In this document: piece by piece, positions 11,001 to 19,463 of the stretch
How the letters are laid out: every line of letters starts with the position of its first letter
Numbering within the stretch: position 1 is the first letter of the stretch
Source of the DNA: Pseudomonadales bacterium
Lineage (GTDB): Bacteria; Patescibacteriota; Microgenomatia; UBA1400; PJMF01
Length of the DNA stretch: 64,000 nt
NCBI GenBank assembly: GCA_020632235.1
Contig: JACKFY010000003.1
Coordinates: 29,966-93,965, forward strand
Reading direction: 5' to 3'
Translations under genes and position numbers: made by a program
The notes under the pieces: generated by a model
The model's input: the letters and a program-made list of their open reading frames with translations, nothing else
Databases searched by the model: none
Told to the model about the DNA's origin: nothing

Positions 11001-11426
11001 TTACATCTGCGCAATCATACTTTTTTGAAGCTCCGAGAGTTGATGGCGGATAGTTTGATCATAGAGTGTTGAGCCAATTTGTAGCTTAATGCCGCCAATC
11101 ACATGCGGATCAACAACCTCTTTGAGTGTCAGTGTGGCATCTTTGTTTGCAACCAATGTTTGTATTTTTTCTCTCTGCTGGGTAGTTATTGGTACTGCAG
11201 TGGTCACGATGGCCTCAGACCGCTCTGATGGTAAACGCTCGAGCGTGCCGGCTACTGTCGCATCAAGTACGCTCTCACCTATTCGCAGCTGGATGCCTCC
11301 GAGCACTGCCTCGTCAACAACCTCTCGCATCTTGAAAGAAGATAGTTTTTTCTTAAGTACCTGCTCTACCTCTTTTTTTTGAGCGGCAGTGAGCTTGCTA
11401 GCGGTCGTAACGGTAACAACAGTCAT
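11001..11426 (-). CDS. atpH: F1 ATP synthase delta (OSCP) subunit, short form with an internally duplicated C-terminal motif
   Basis: 141 aa between atpF and atpA. Two similar segments, REVVDEAVLGGIQLRIGESVLDATVAGTLERL and KEVVDPHVIGGIKLQIGSTLYDQTIRHQLSEL, both resemble the delta C-terminal motif. Confidence 0.6.
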   Translation of the reverse strand: MTVVTVTTASKLTAAQKKEVEQVLKKKLSSFKMREVVDEAVLGGIQLRIGESVLDATVAGTLERLPSERSEAIVTTAVPITTQQREKIQTLVANKDATLTLKEVVDPHVIGGIKLQIGSTLYDQTIRHQLSELQKSMIAQM

Positions 11427-11428
11427 AG

Positions 11429-11914
11429 TTAGATAGTTTTTCCGAGTGTGTCAAGTTCTGTCTCGATCAACGCGTGTTGTTTTTTTGTATCAAGATTGTT
11501 GCCAATAAGACGCTCTGAAACAGCTACAACAGCTGCAATCATATCTGTCCGTGCTGACTGCATGCTTGCTGCTTGTTCTGCTTGCCAGGCTGCTCTTTCT
11601 TTTTCAATCTCTGTTTGTGCTGCAGTTTTTGCCTCAGTCAAGAGTTGTTCTTTTACATTGGCAGCTTCTGACTTTGCCTGCTTGAGGAGCTCTGATCGTT
11701 CTGCAGCCACTTTCGTTTTAGCATCCTTTTTCATCTCATCGATCTTTGTTCTTGCCAGGAGTGCATCATCAGCAGCTTTTTGTCCTTCTTCAATGCGTTT
11801 GGCTCTCTCTTCGAATACTTTCAACACTGGCTTGTAGATCAAGTACGTGAGCGCCGCGAGCACAACGCCAAAGTTAACTACTTGAAAGAGAATGAGCGAA
11901 ATGTTTATGTCCAT
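11429..11914 (-). CDS. atpF: F0 ATP synthase subunit b
   Basis: N-terminal transmembrane helix followed by a long charged coiled coil, in operon position. Confidence 0.8.
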   Translation of the reverse strand: MDINISLILFQVVNFGVVLAALTYLIYKPVLKVFEERAKRIEEGQKAADDALLARTKIDEMKKDAKTKVAAERSELLKQAKSEAANVKEQLLTEAKTAAQTEIEKERAAWQAEQAASMQSARTDMIAAVVAVSERLIGNNLDTKKQHALIETELDTLGKTI

Positions 11915-11935
11915 GGGGTGTGCTCCTTGTTTTGA

Positions 11936-13077
<1,142 letters not shown>

Positions 13078-13082
13078 TGGGT

Positions 13083-13110
13083 ATTATACAAATAATACGG
13101 TGTTTGACAA
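13083..13110 (-). promoter_or_regulatory. Putative atp operon promoter: TGTCAAACA, then 12 nt, then TATAAT
   Basis: Minus-strand sequence ttgtcaaacaccgtattatttgTATAAT lies directly upstream of atpB. Same architecture as the TGTGAAACA-N14-TATACT sites. Confidence 0.4.
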
Positions 13111-13160
13111 CAGTAAAACACACCACCAAACAAGCATGCGGCATATTTTTTCAAAACACT

Positions 13161-15236
13161 CTACTCAGCTAGCACAATGACTGCATTGTACTCCCCACTG
13201 GGGTCTTCGGTATTGTACTCTTCTTGCGTTCCCGCAACTAGTTCAAGACCGCTGTCGGCGCTCAGTTGCTCGAGAAGTTCTGGATTGTCTTCTGGGGTGA
13301 GGAGATACATACCCGGTTCGTACTCCCCTGTGGCATTACCCGTATCTATACTATTGTACTCACCAAGAGGCATATCTGCTTTGGTGCTGCTTGCATATCC
13401 TGCCGTGCTGGTGGCGTTGAGGATGAGAACATCGAGCTCGCTTGTGGTAACTTGGGCCGACTCACTTGCTTCTGGTGTAGGCTCGGGTGATGGGTCTGGT
13501 GTGCTGACAACCTCTACAACAGGTGTAGGGGTTGAAGTGGGAAGGGACACATCGCCCGCTTTCATGCGGATAAATAAAAATCCTACACCGACACCAACAC
13601 CAACTGTGACCAAAAATACAATCAGCACAATAGAAAGTAGTTTGACCATATTTTTCGTCCCTGTCTCATTTTTTATGACTGGTTTTTTGACTACAGGTGG
13701 GGAAGTTTTAGCCGCTTGTCTTTCATCCTCACTCGATTCTGCATGAGCAAACTGTGCGATATTAACATCTTCCTCTGTAGTATCTAGCTCACTTTTTTGT
13801 GCGCTTTGATCATCTCCCAGCTCGAGTGGCGCGTGGATTTCTTCATCAGCATCACTCTGATCCTGTTTGTCAGTATCCTCATTTTTTTTGTTGTCGTCAA
13901 CAGTTATTTCTTTTACTGTTTTATCTTGAATTTCGATAGTACTCTCTTTTTTTGGCTCGGCAGTCTCTTGTTCTGTCGCGTCTTCAATCTCTAGCGCAGA
14001 AGGTGGTTGTTCTTCGGCTTGATCTGCCTCTTCCTTCTGTACTTTTGCATCTGTGTTTTGTGCTCCTTCCCCTACCTCTTCAATAGCGAGTGGTTCACTC
14101 GAGTCTTCTTGGTCTTTTGTGTCACTTTCATCTTGTTTTGTGCCAGATGTATCTGTACTCGCATCACCAGCTACAACAGGAGTAACGACGCTTGTGACGG
14201 CGCTGGCAGCTGCGACTTCTGCTGGGGTGGTGGGGGTGGGGATGCTAGTGTCTTCTGTATCTGACTCGACCGATGTATCTGAGGCTAGCTCAACATCGTC
14301 ATCTTGTTTTTCTGTGTCCTCGCCCGCATCTTTATTGTGTTCATCTGGTTCTTCAAGGTTTCCTGCTACGAATGCTTCTAGCTCTTTTTCGGTTGCGGCT
14401 TCAAGAGCAAACTGTGGCACGCTGTAGTCTGGAATAGCCAGACTCTTCATAGCCACCTCCATCATTTTTTGTACAAATGAGGGCATGTCAACGTCTTTAT
14501 CGCTGTGTTCTGCCAGCTGTTGGAGAGGAATAGTGCTACTGAGAGCTTCTGTGAGCGTTTCCTCTACCAGTTCGTTTGTTAGTAGGTAGACTGTTTGGGT
14601 GCTGGGCTCTGAACCCTTGAGCGTCTTGATACTCTCGGCCACTGCGTCTAGGTCATCTATTTCGTGAGCTGCTGTTTGGTCGATGCCGATGTACTGCAGG
14701 GCGCTGTAGAGTACCCCACCCATCTGAACCAAGGTAACCGATGGCTCTAGCGAGACAAGTGACTTGGCCGCCCAACTGATGGTGACAACACTCATATGTG
14801 GCAGCTCAAACTGGGTGGCTGCGGCTCGAAGAGGGGCCAGTACTTCTTTTTCAAATGCGCTCAGCTGCACTCGAGAGGTACCTTTAAACTGTGTCAGAGT
14901 AAAGTGTTTGACTTGATGTGTCTCGGGAGTTATACCCAAGGATGGCAACGTTGTTTTTTCAATATACTCAGACACCTTGGACTCAGTCGTTTCTTCAACC
15001 GAGATAATGGCGTTCGTTGCCAGGTCATCAGGAAGTACCACCGCATACTCTGTTTTTTCTAGTTTTTCGAATAGCTTGAGGATGTTTTTGGGCACAAGCA
15101 CCCCGTTTTTGATGAACGAGCCGTTTACCTGCTTAAATGACTCGACGGCAAAGGTGTGCTCTTTACTCCCCTTTTTCATCTGGGCGATGTAGGCCACGTC
15201 GGGCAAGATGGTGAGTAGCGTCATAGGCTTTGGCAT
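13161..15236 (-). CDS. Membrane-anchored protein: PilM-like actin-fold N-terminal domain, long acidic disordered linker, one transmembrane helix, LytR_C-like C-terminal domain
   Basis: The N-terminus, AVVLPDDLATNAIISVEETTESKVSEYIEKTTLPSLGITPETHQVKHFTLTQ, matches the PilM pattern. A D/E/T/S-rich region of about 200 aa follows, then a GVGVGVGFLFI transmembrane helix. The C-terminal VLILNATSTAGYASS...NAVIVL is LytR_C-like. Confidence 0.4.
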   Translation of the reverse strand: MPKPMTLLTILPDVAYIAQMKKGSKEHTFAVESFKQVNGSFIKNGVLVPKNILKLFEKLEKTEYAVVLPDDLATNAIISVEETTESKVSEYIEKTTLPSLGITPETHQVKHFTLTQFKGTSRVQLSAFEKEVLAPLRAAATQFELPHMSVVTISWAAKSLVSLEPSVTLVQMGGVLYSALQYIGIDQTAAHEIDDLDAVAESIKTLKGSEPSTQTVYLLTNELVEETLTEALSSTIPLQQLAEHSDKDVDMPSFVQKMMEVAMKSLAIPDYSVPQFALEAATEKELEAFVAGNLEEPDEHNKDAGEDTEKQDDDVELASDTSVESDTEDTSIPTPTTPAEVAAASAVTSVVTPVVAGDASTDTSGTKQDESDTKDQEDSSEPLAIEEVGEGAQNTDAKVQKEEADQAEEQPPSALEIEDATEQETAEPKKESTIEIQDKTVKEITVDDNKKNEDTDKQDQSDADEEIHAPLELGDDQSAQKSELDTTEEDVNIAQFAHAESSEDERQAAKTSPPVVKKPVIKNETGTKNMVKLLSIVLIVFLVTVGVGVGVGFLFIRMKAGDVSLPTSTPTPVVEVVSTPDPSPEPTPEASESAQVTTSELDVLILNATSTAGYASSTKADMPLGEYNSIDTGNATGEYEPGMYLLTPEDNPELLEQLSADSGLELVAGTQEEYNTEDPSGEYNAVIVLAE

Positions 15237-15321
15237 AACAGGGGTATTTTTTTGAGTAAATCAAGACCCAGCTATCAGTATGAAAAAAAATTACTCGTTT
15301 GGCAAGTGGCGGAATGAATGA

Positions 15322-15603
15322 TTAACACGGCGTCAAGTTGCCGAGGCGTCCCACCATTGCATCTAGTGCCTTGATTGCAGTGAGCTGCTTGTTATTTGGA
15401 TAGTGTTTTCTCCACACATAGCACGACCAATCGTCAACTATCTCGGCACATATGGTTTCTCCTGCAACAAACGAGAGTTTTCCGCAGTGGAAGTTGTTGA
15501 GAGCGCGGTAGGTCTGCATGAGTGCGTGCTGTAGCACGACTTCTGCATATGTTTCACGCGTGCAACAGTGTAATGATCTGGTCGCAGTATGTCGTGAAAC
15601 CAC
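15322..15603 (-). CDS. Small Cys-rich hypothetical protein, divergent from the C39-like peptidase gene
   Basis: 93 aa ORF with 7 Cys in normal-GC DNA. No recognisable family, so it may be spurious. Confidence 0.2.
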   Translation of the reverse strand: MVSRHTATRSLHCCTRETYAEVVLQHALMQTYRALNNFHCGKLSFVAGETICAEIVDDWSCYVWRKHYPNNKQLTAIKALDAMVGRLGNLTPC

Positions 15604-15632
15604 TGTGAAACAGAGCTGATGTAAGCTATACT
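15604..15632 (+). promoter_or_regulatory. Putative promoter: TGTGAAACA, then 14 nt, then TATACT
   Basis: ccactgtgaaacagagctgatgtaagcTATACT sits 10 bp upstream of the ATG at 15642. The inverted partner GTTTCACG at 15551-15558 pairs with CGTGAAAC at 15592-15599. Confidence 0.35.
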
Positions 15633-15641
15633 ATTCTTTGC

Positions 15642-16280
15642 ATGGCTCAGCACATCGTTCCTTTTTACCCAAACACGCCAGATAACACCCATTGCTACCA
15701 AGCGGCACTGAAAATGGTGCTCAAGTTTTTTTGGCCAGAGGAAGCATACTCTTTGGATGAGCTGGACGAAGTAACTGCCAAGGTTGATGGGCTGTGGACG
15801 TGGCCGATTGCCGGACTACTGTGGCTACAAGAAAAACACGCCGAGGTGAGCATGATAGATGCATTTGATTTTCATGCATTTGTGAAAGACGGAGGGCAGT
15901 ACTTGCTTGATTTTTATGGAGATGAGGTGGGTAGCGCGCAAATTGCCCACAGCGATATAGAGCAAGAGATTAGTTTTGCCCAGCAGGCTTTAAAAACGCT
16001 TTCGATAGAAAAAAGGAGTGCTCGTATGGCAGATGTGAAGGCACTACTTGAGGATGGATTTCTGGTTATCTGTAACGTGAATGCTAATGCACCCAACAAC
16101 AAAGAGGGGTACACAGGGCACTTTGTCGTTATCACGGGGTTTGACGAGAATGGGTTGTATATGCATGATCCTGGATTACCACCACGGCGCAATCGACGGG
16201 TGAGCTATGAGCACTTTACCTCTGCTTGGGCGTATCCAGATGAAACAGCGAAGTGGTTGATTGCGGTGAGGAAAGTGTGA
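15642..16280 (+). CDS. Peptidase C39-like (papain-fold) domain protein
   Basis: Carries the Cys motif NTHCYQAALKMVL and the His motif YTGHFVVITGFDENGLYMHDPG, typical of C39/C39_2 peptidase domains. No ABC transporter partner nearby. Confidence 0.55.
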   Translation: MAQHIVPFYPNTPDNTHCYQAALKMVLKFFWPEEAYSLDELDEVTAKVDGLWTWPIAGLLWLQEKHAEVSMIDAFDFHAFVKDGGQYLLDFYGDEVGSAQIAHSDIEQEISFAQQALKTLSIEKRSARMADVKALLEDGFLVICNVNANAPNNKEGYTGHFVVITGFDENGLYMHDPGLPPRRNRRVSYEHFTSAWAYPDETAKWLIAVRKV

Positions 16281-16352
16281 GTCCGCTGGGACTATCCGCC
16301 GGTGGGTGGAAGGACACAGAGCTTAAAAAAGTCGGTCGGCTGACGGATCTAA
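16277..16352 (-). repeat. tRNA-Lys-derived partial copy (3' acceptor end, degraded T-region, variable and anticodon 3' half) fused to a hairpin-containing repeat
   Basis: gtgagtccgctgggact (16277-16293) and aggacacagagcttaaaa (16311-16328) are identical to tRNA-Lys segments. The T-loop is replaced by a 17-nt insert. It is followed by a 24-nt repeat unit (aagtcggtcggctgacggatctaa) that also encodes the GIY-YIG C-terminus DPSADRLF*. Confidence 0.6.
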
Positions 16353-16616
16353 CCGAACTAATAGTAACGACCAGAGAAATGACCTACCCCTACTTGACTT
16401 AAGCTGTTTTTCCCTATAAAGAGCAGTGCTTTTTTCTCCGCATAGCTCAATGTAGAGATACTCCCAAAAAGGCGGAAACCTATGAGTAAAGCTTGGTTTC
16501 TTTACCGGTAGTTGTTGATTGTGCTGGTCAAGTCGGTTATTAAGGTGTTGTGTTATGCCAATGTATATTTTGTGTGCAGTGGGATTGTAGATGCAGTACG
16601 TGTAGTATGGCGGTAT
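16323..16616 (-). CDS. GIY-YIG nuclease domain protein (YhbQ/UPF0213-like)
   Basis: PYYTYCIYNPTAHKIYIGITQHLNNRLDQHN is the GIY-YIG core, and ALYREKQLKS follows it. The track ORF (to 16649) uses a GTG inside the tRNA-Lys T-arm, which is probably spurious. The true start is unclear. Confidence 0.6.
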   Translation of the reverse strand: MPPYYTYCIYNPTAHKIYIGITQHLNNRLDQHNQQLPVKKPSFTHRFPPFWEYLYIELCGEKSTALYREKQLKSSRGRSFLWSLLLVRLDPSADRLF

Positions 16617-16693
16617 TGGTGAGTCCGCTGGGACTCGAACCCAGGACACAGAGCTTAAAAGGCTCCTGCTCTAACCAACTGAGCTACGGACCC
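16617..16693 (-). tRNA. tRNA-Lys (anticodon TTT), CCA encoded
   Basis: The reverse complement GGGTCCGTAGCTCAGTTGGTTAGAGCAGGAGCCTTTTAAGCTCTGTGTCCTGGGTTCGAGTCCCAGCGGACTCACCA folds as a canonical cloverleaf with a GTTCGAGTC T-loop and anticodon loop CTTTTAA. Confidence 0.85.
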
Positions 16694-16755
16694 TCACACA
16701 AGCACGTAGTATACCCCACTGATGAATGCTCCGCTACAGATAAAGAAAATCTAGA

Positions 16756-16794
16756 ACACAGAGCTTAAAAAGTCCGTCGGCTGACGGATCTAAT
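16756..16794 (-). repeat. Second copy of the tRNA-Lys-derived hairpin repeat, upstream of tRNA-Lys
   Basis: acacagagcttaaaaagtccgtcggctgacggatctaa matches 16314-16352 with two or three differences. It shares acacagagcttaaaa with the tRNA-Lys anticodon and variable region and contains a CCGTC-ggct-GACGG hairpin. Confidence 0.6.
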
Positions 16795-16951
16795 CTTTAC
16801 CCCGATACTTCTCGGGGAACCCCGCCCCGTCTGAAACCCAACCTCCAGTTGGGATGATGCGAACCCTCAAATCTGCGTGTGCTGTGATATGTCAGAGTGT
16901 TGTACGTATTCTGATTCGTTTGGAAATCTCCCTGCATGCTATCATGCCACT

Positions 16952-17797
16952 ATGCCAGAACTACCCGAAGTAGAAACAATTGTTAGGCGTCTGCAGCCAC
17001 TTGTGGTGGGCAGCACTATTGAGCAGGTTGAAGTGCGAAAGGAAAAATCATTTCAAGGCAGTCTTGATGCAGTTGTGGGGGCTACTATGTTGAGTGTTGA
17101 GCGCCGAGCAAAGTTTATTCGCTTGCAGCTGGACAACAACTACAATCTTCTCGTACACCTCAAGATGACAGGGCAACTTATCTATGTGTCTAGCACAACT
17201 AGAGTGGGTGGTGGACACCCCACCGCCGACTGGGTGGACGAGCTACCTAGCAAGCATACACGAGTGATTATCTCCCTTTCAAAATCGGCCCAGCTCTTTT
17301 TTAACGACCAGCGTATATTTGGGTGGATCAAGGTGATGAGTGATGATGAGGTACGCTTTATTTTTGACCAGCTTGGCCCCGACGTGATAGATGCGAGCGT
17401 AACGCCAGACTATCTGTATGAAAAATTGCAGGGCAGGAGTATTGCTATAAAACAAGCCATTATGGACAATAGCGTGATGTCAGGCTTGGGTAACATTTAT
17501 GCCTGTGACGCACTAAATCGTGCCAAGATCCATCCTGCCCGACCCGCCAAGAGCCTGAGCAAGCCAGAGGTTGCAGAGCTGCTTTCCCAGTCAAAGCAAG
17601 TGCTCGAACTGGGCATCAAGTTGGGTGGGGCTACCATAGAGCACTTTATGCATATTGATGGCTTTTCGGGCAGGTACCAAGACGTGACGGCTGTGTATGG
17701 GCGGGAAGGTGAGGCGTGCTACAACTGCGGCGGCACCATCAGCAAGATCAAGCTGGGTGGACGAGGGACGTACTTGTGTGAGGGGTGTCAGGAGTAA
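16952..17797 (+). CDS. mutM: Formamidopyrimidine-DNA glycosylase (Fpg/MutM)
   Basis: Starts MPELPEVETIVRRLQP with the catalytic Pro2, and ends in the zinc finger CYNCGGTISKIKLGGRGTYLCEGCQ. Confidence 0.9.
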   Translation: MPELPEVETIVRRLQPLVVGSTIEQVEVRKEKSFQGSLDAVVGATMLSVERRAKFIRLQLDNNYNLLVHLKMTGQLIYVSSTTRVGGGHPTADWVDELPSKHTRVIISLSKSAQLFFNDQRIFGWIKVMSDDEVRFIFDQLGPDVIDASVTPDYLYEKLQGRSIAIKQAIMDNSVMSGLGNIYACDALNRAKIHPARPAKSLSKPEVAELLSQSKQVLELGIKLGGATIEHFMHIDGFSGRYQDVTAVYGREGEACYNCGGTISKIKLGGRGTYLCEGCQE

Positions 17798-17832
17798 AAA
17801 AATACTATAGTTAGAGTGTAAGAAAGATTATT

Positions 17833-18513
17833 GTGAAAAATAAAACTTCTATTCAGACCGACGCAGTGTTAAAAGAAGACCATGACTCACTCTATGAAAG
17901 TCTGGCAAAGTATAGAAGAGAGATGCTTGGTCCTAGTATTGGTACCTTTAGGAAAGACGATTCAGTCTTATGGTTTTCCTATACAGAAGACTATTTAGCT
18001 GCTTTAGAAATACTGATAAATCAAAAATTAGAACATGAGCAAATGCCCTTAACTAATTATGAAAAGAATAGGTTAACTATACCAATTCTTTTTGTTTTTA
18101 AACATACAATTGAGCTTTGCTCTAAGTCAATACTTCTTGCTTTCAATAATGGTTTTGACAAAACACACAGTTTGGAAAAAATATCTTTAGCAATTAAGGA
18201 GGTTCAGAAAAATAGACACAAATTAAAATCTAGCTTAAATAAAGCCCCCCAAACGATAGATAAAATACGATTACTAGGTGCAGGAGACGAAAATAAAGCT
18301 CTAAATAACATGTCTGGCTATTTGACCAAATTAGTTCAATTATTAGAAGATTATTTTTTTAACGTTCATCTATTTGAGACAATGCGCTCAATTATGGTAG
18401 CAGATGTTAATAATGAGCTATTTAGATACCCAGAATCTAATTCTATAAGCATAGTTCTCAATAACTACGACTTTTTTCTCAATCCTTTTTTTAAGATTGA
18501 TCTTGTTGGCTAA
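17833..18513 (+). CDS. Hypothetical protein in an AT-rich island
   Basis: 226 aa ORF in DNA of about 33% GC against a background near 50%. No recognisable family. GTG start. Confidence 0.55.
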   Translation: MKNKTSIQTDAVLKEDHDSLYESLAKYRREMLGPSIGTFRKDDSVLWFSYTEDYLAALEILINQKLEHEQMPLTNYEKNRLTIPILFVFKHTIELCSKSILLAFNNGFDKTHSLEKISLAIKEVQKNRHKLKSSLNKAPQTIDKIRLLGAGDENKALNNMSGYLTKLVQLLEDYFFNVHLFETMRSIMVADVNNELFRYPESNSISIVLNNYDFFLNPFFKIDLVG

Positions 18514-19457
18514 CAATACTTCTTCAACTCCCTCACCGCCTGCTCAAACTGCTGTTTTTCTTCCCAACTTAGTTTGATTTCCAACGTGTCTTCTACCCCG
18601 CCGCGCCCCACCACACAAGGGACGCTTGCTGCTACTCCACTCTGGCCGTAGTACTGATGCAGAGGAATAGAAAGCGGCAAGACTGTTTTATTGTCCGAGA
18701 GAATGCACGAGACGATATGTGACACAACAGCCCCGATGCCGTAGTACGTAGCGCCCTTACTATCAATAATGCGGTAGGCGGCGTTTCTAGCCTGCTCATA
18801 CGCGCGCTGTATCTGTTGCTCTGAAATAGTGGGAAAGTGGAGGAGTGGTTGACCACCCACGCTGGCGGTTGAGAGTGTGGGAAATGAGTGGTCGCCGTGC
18901 TCACCGAGGATGTAGGCATGCACGCTACTAGGGCTGACATGCAGTAACTCTGAGAGATGAAAGCGAAAGCGCTGGGTATCAAGAGTGGTGCCAGAGCCAA
19001 AGATTCGGCCTTTGGGCCAACCAGCGATGCGGTAGGCATGATAGGTGAGTATGTCCACAGGGTTGGCTACAATCAAGATCACAGCCTCTGGTGCGTGCTT
19101 GATGATGTGGGGTAAGATTGACTCTAAAATGGCTTTGTTTTTTTCTGTCAAATCAAGACGTGTTTCGCCTGGTTTTTGTGAAGCGCCTGCAGCATAGACA
19201 ACGATATCGCAGCCTGCTAGGTCTTCGTAGCGCTCTGTTGCCGTAATGGTTGCCGGATGCAAGACACCCATAGCGTGCTCAAGGTCGAGCTGTTCGCCGA
19301 TAAGATCATCTTTGCATCTACCGTGTAGCACGAGCTCGTTCACATCGCCAGTATGGAGGATGGAAAACGCGGCAGTCATGCCTACCCGCCCACACCCGAC
19401 AATAGCAACTTTATTCAGTTGTGTGTTTTGTTTGTTCAAAGACGGAGTGTTTGGCAT
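18510..19457 (-). CDS. ldh: L-lactate dehydrogenase
   Basis: Rossmann N-terminus KVAIVGCGRVGMTAAFSIL and the catalytic-loop motif GEHGDHSFP, which is LDH-type rather than MDH-type. Confidence 0.8.
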   Translation of the reverse strand: MPNTPSLNKQNTQLNKVAIVGCGRVGMTAAFSILHTGDVNELVLHGRCKDDLIGEQLDLEHAMGVLHPATITATERYEDLAGCDIVVYAAGASQKPGETRLDLTEKNKAILESILPHIIKHAPEAVILIVANPVDILTYHAYRIAGWPKGRIFGSGTTLDTQRFRFHLSELLHVSPSSVHAYILGEHGDHSFPTLSTASVGGQPLLHFPTISEQQIQRAYEQARNAAYRIIDSKGATYYGIGAVVSHIVSCILSDNKTVLPLSIPLHQYYGQSGVAASVPCVVGRGGVEDTLEIKLSWEEKQQFEQAVRELKKYC

Positions 19458-19463
19458 ACGTTT

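Noticed and set aside
13177-14427. Several plus-strand ORFs (13177-13746, 14053-14427 and others) opposite the acidic low-complexity region
   Set aside because: The repetitive GA-rich coding of the D/E/T-rich linker leaves stop-free frames on the antisense strand. There is no independent support for them.
16550-16768. ORFs overlapping tRNA genes (16550-16768 plus, 42782-43027 minus, 44475-44663 plus) and the GTG-extended N-termini of both GIY-YIG ORFs
   Set aside because: Each overlaps a canonical, well-folding tRNA. The GIY-YIG extensions translate tRNA sequence and are best explained as ORF-caller artefacts.
16277-16794. CRISPR array interpretation of the repeated 40-44-bp elements
   Set aside because: There are only two copies per locus, with irregular spacing of 400 bp. 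The spacers are a tRNA and a gene. The repeats themselves are tRNA-derived. No cas genes are present in the window.
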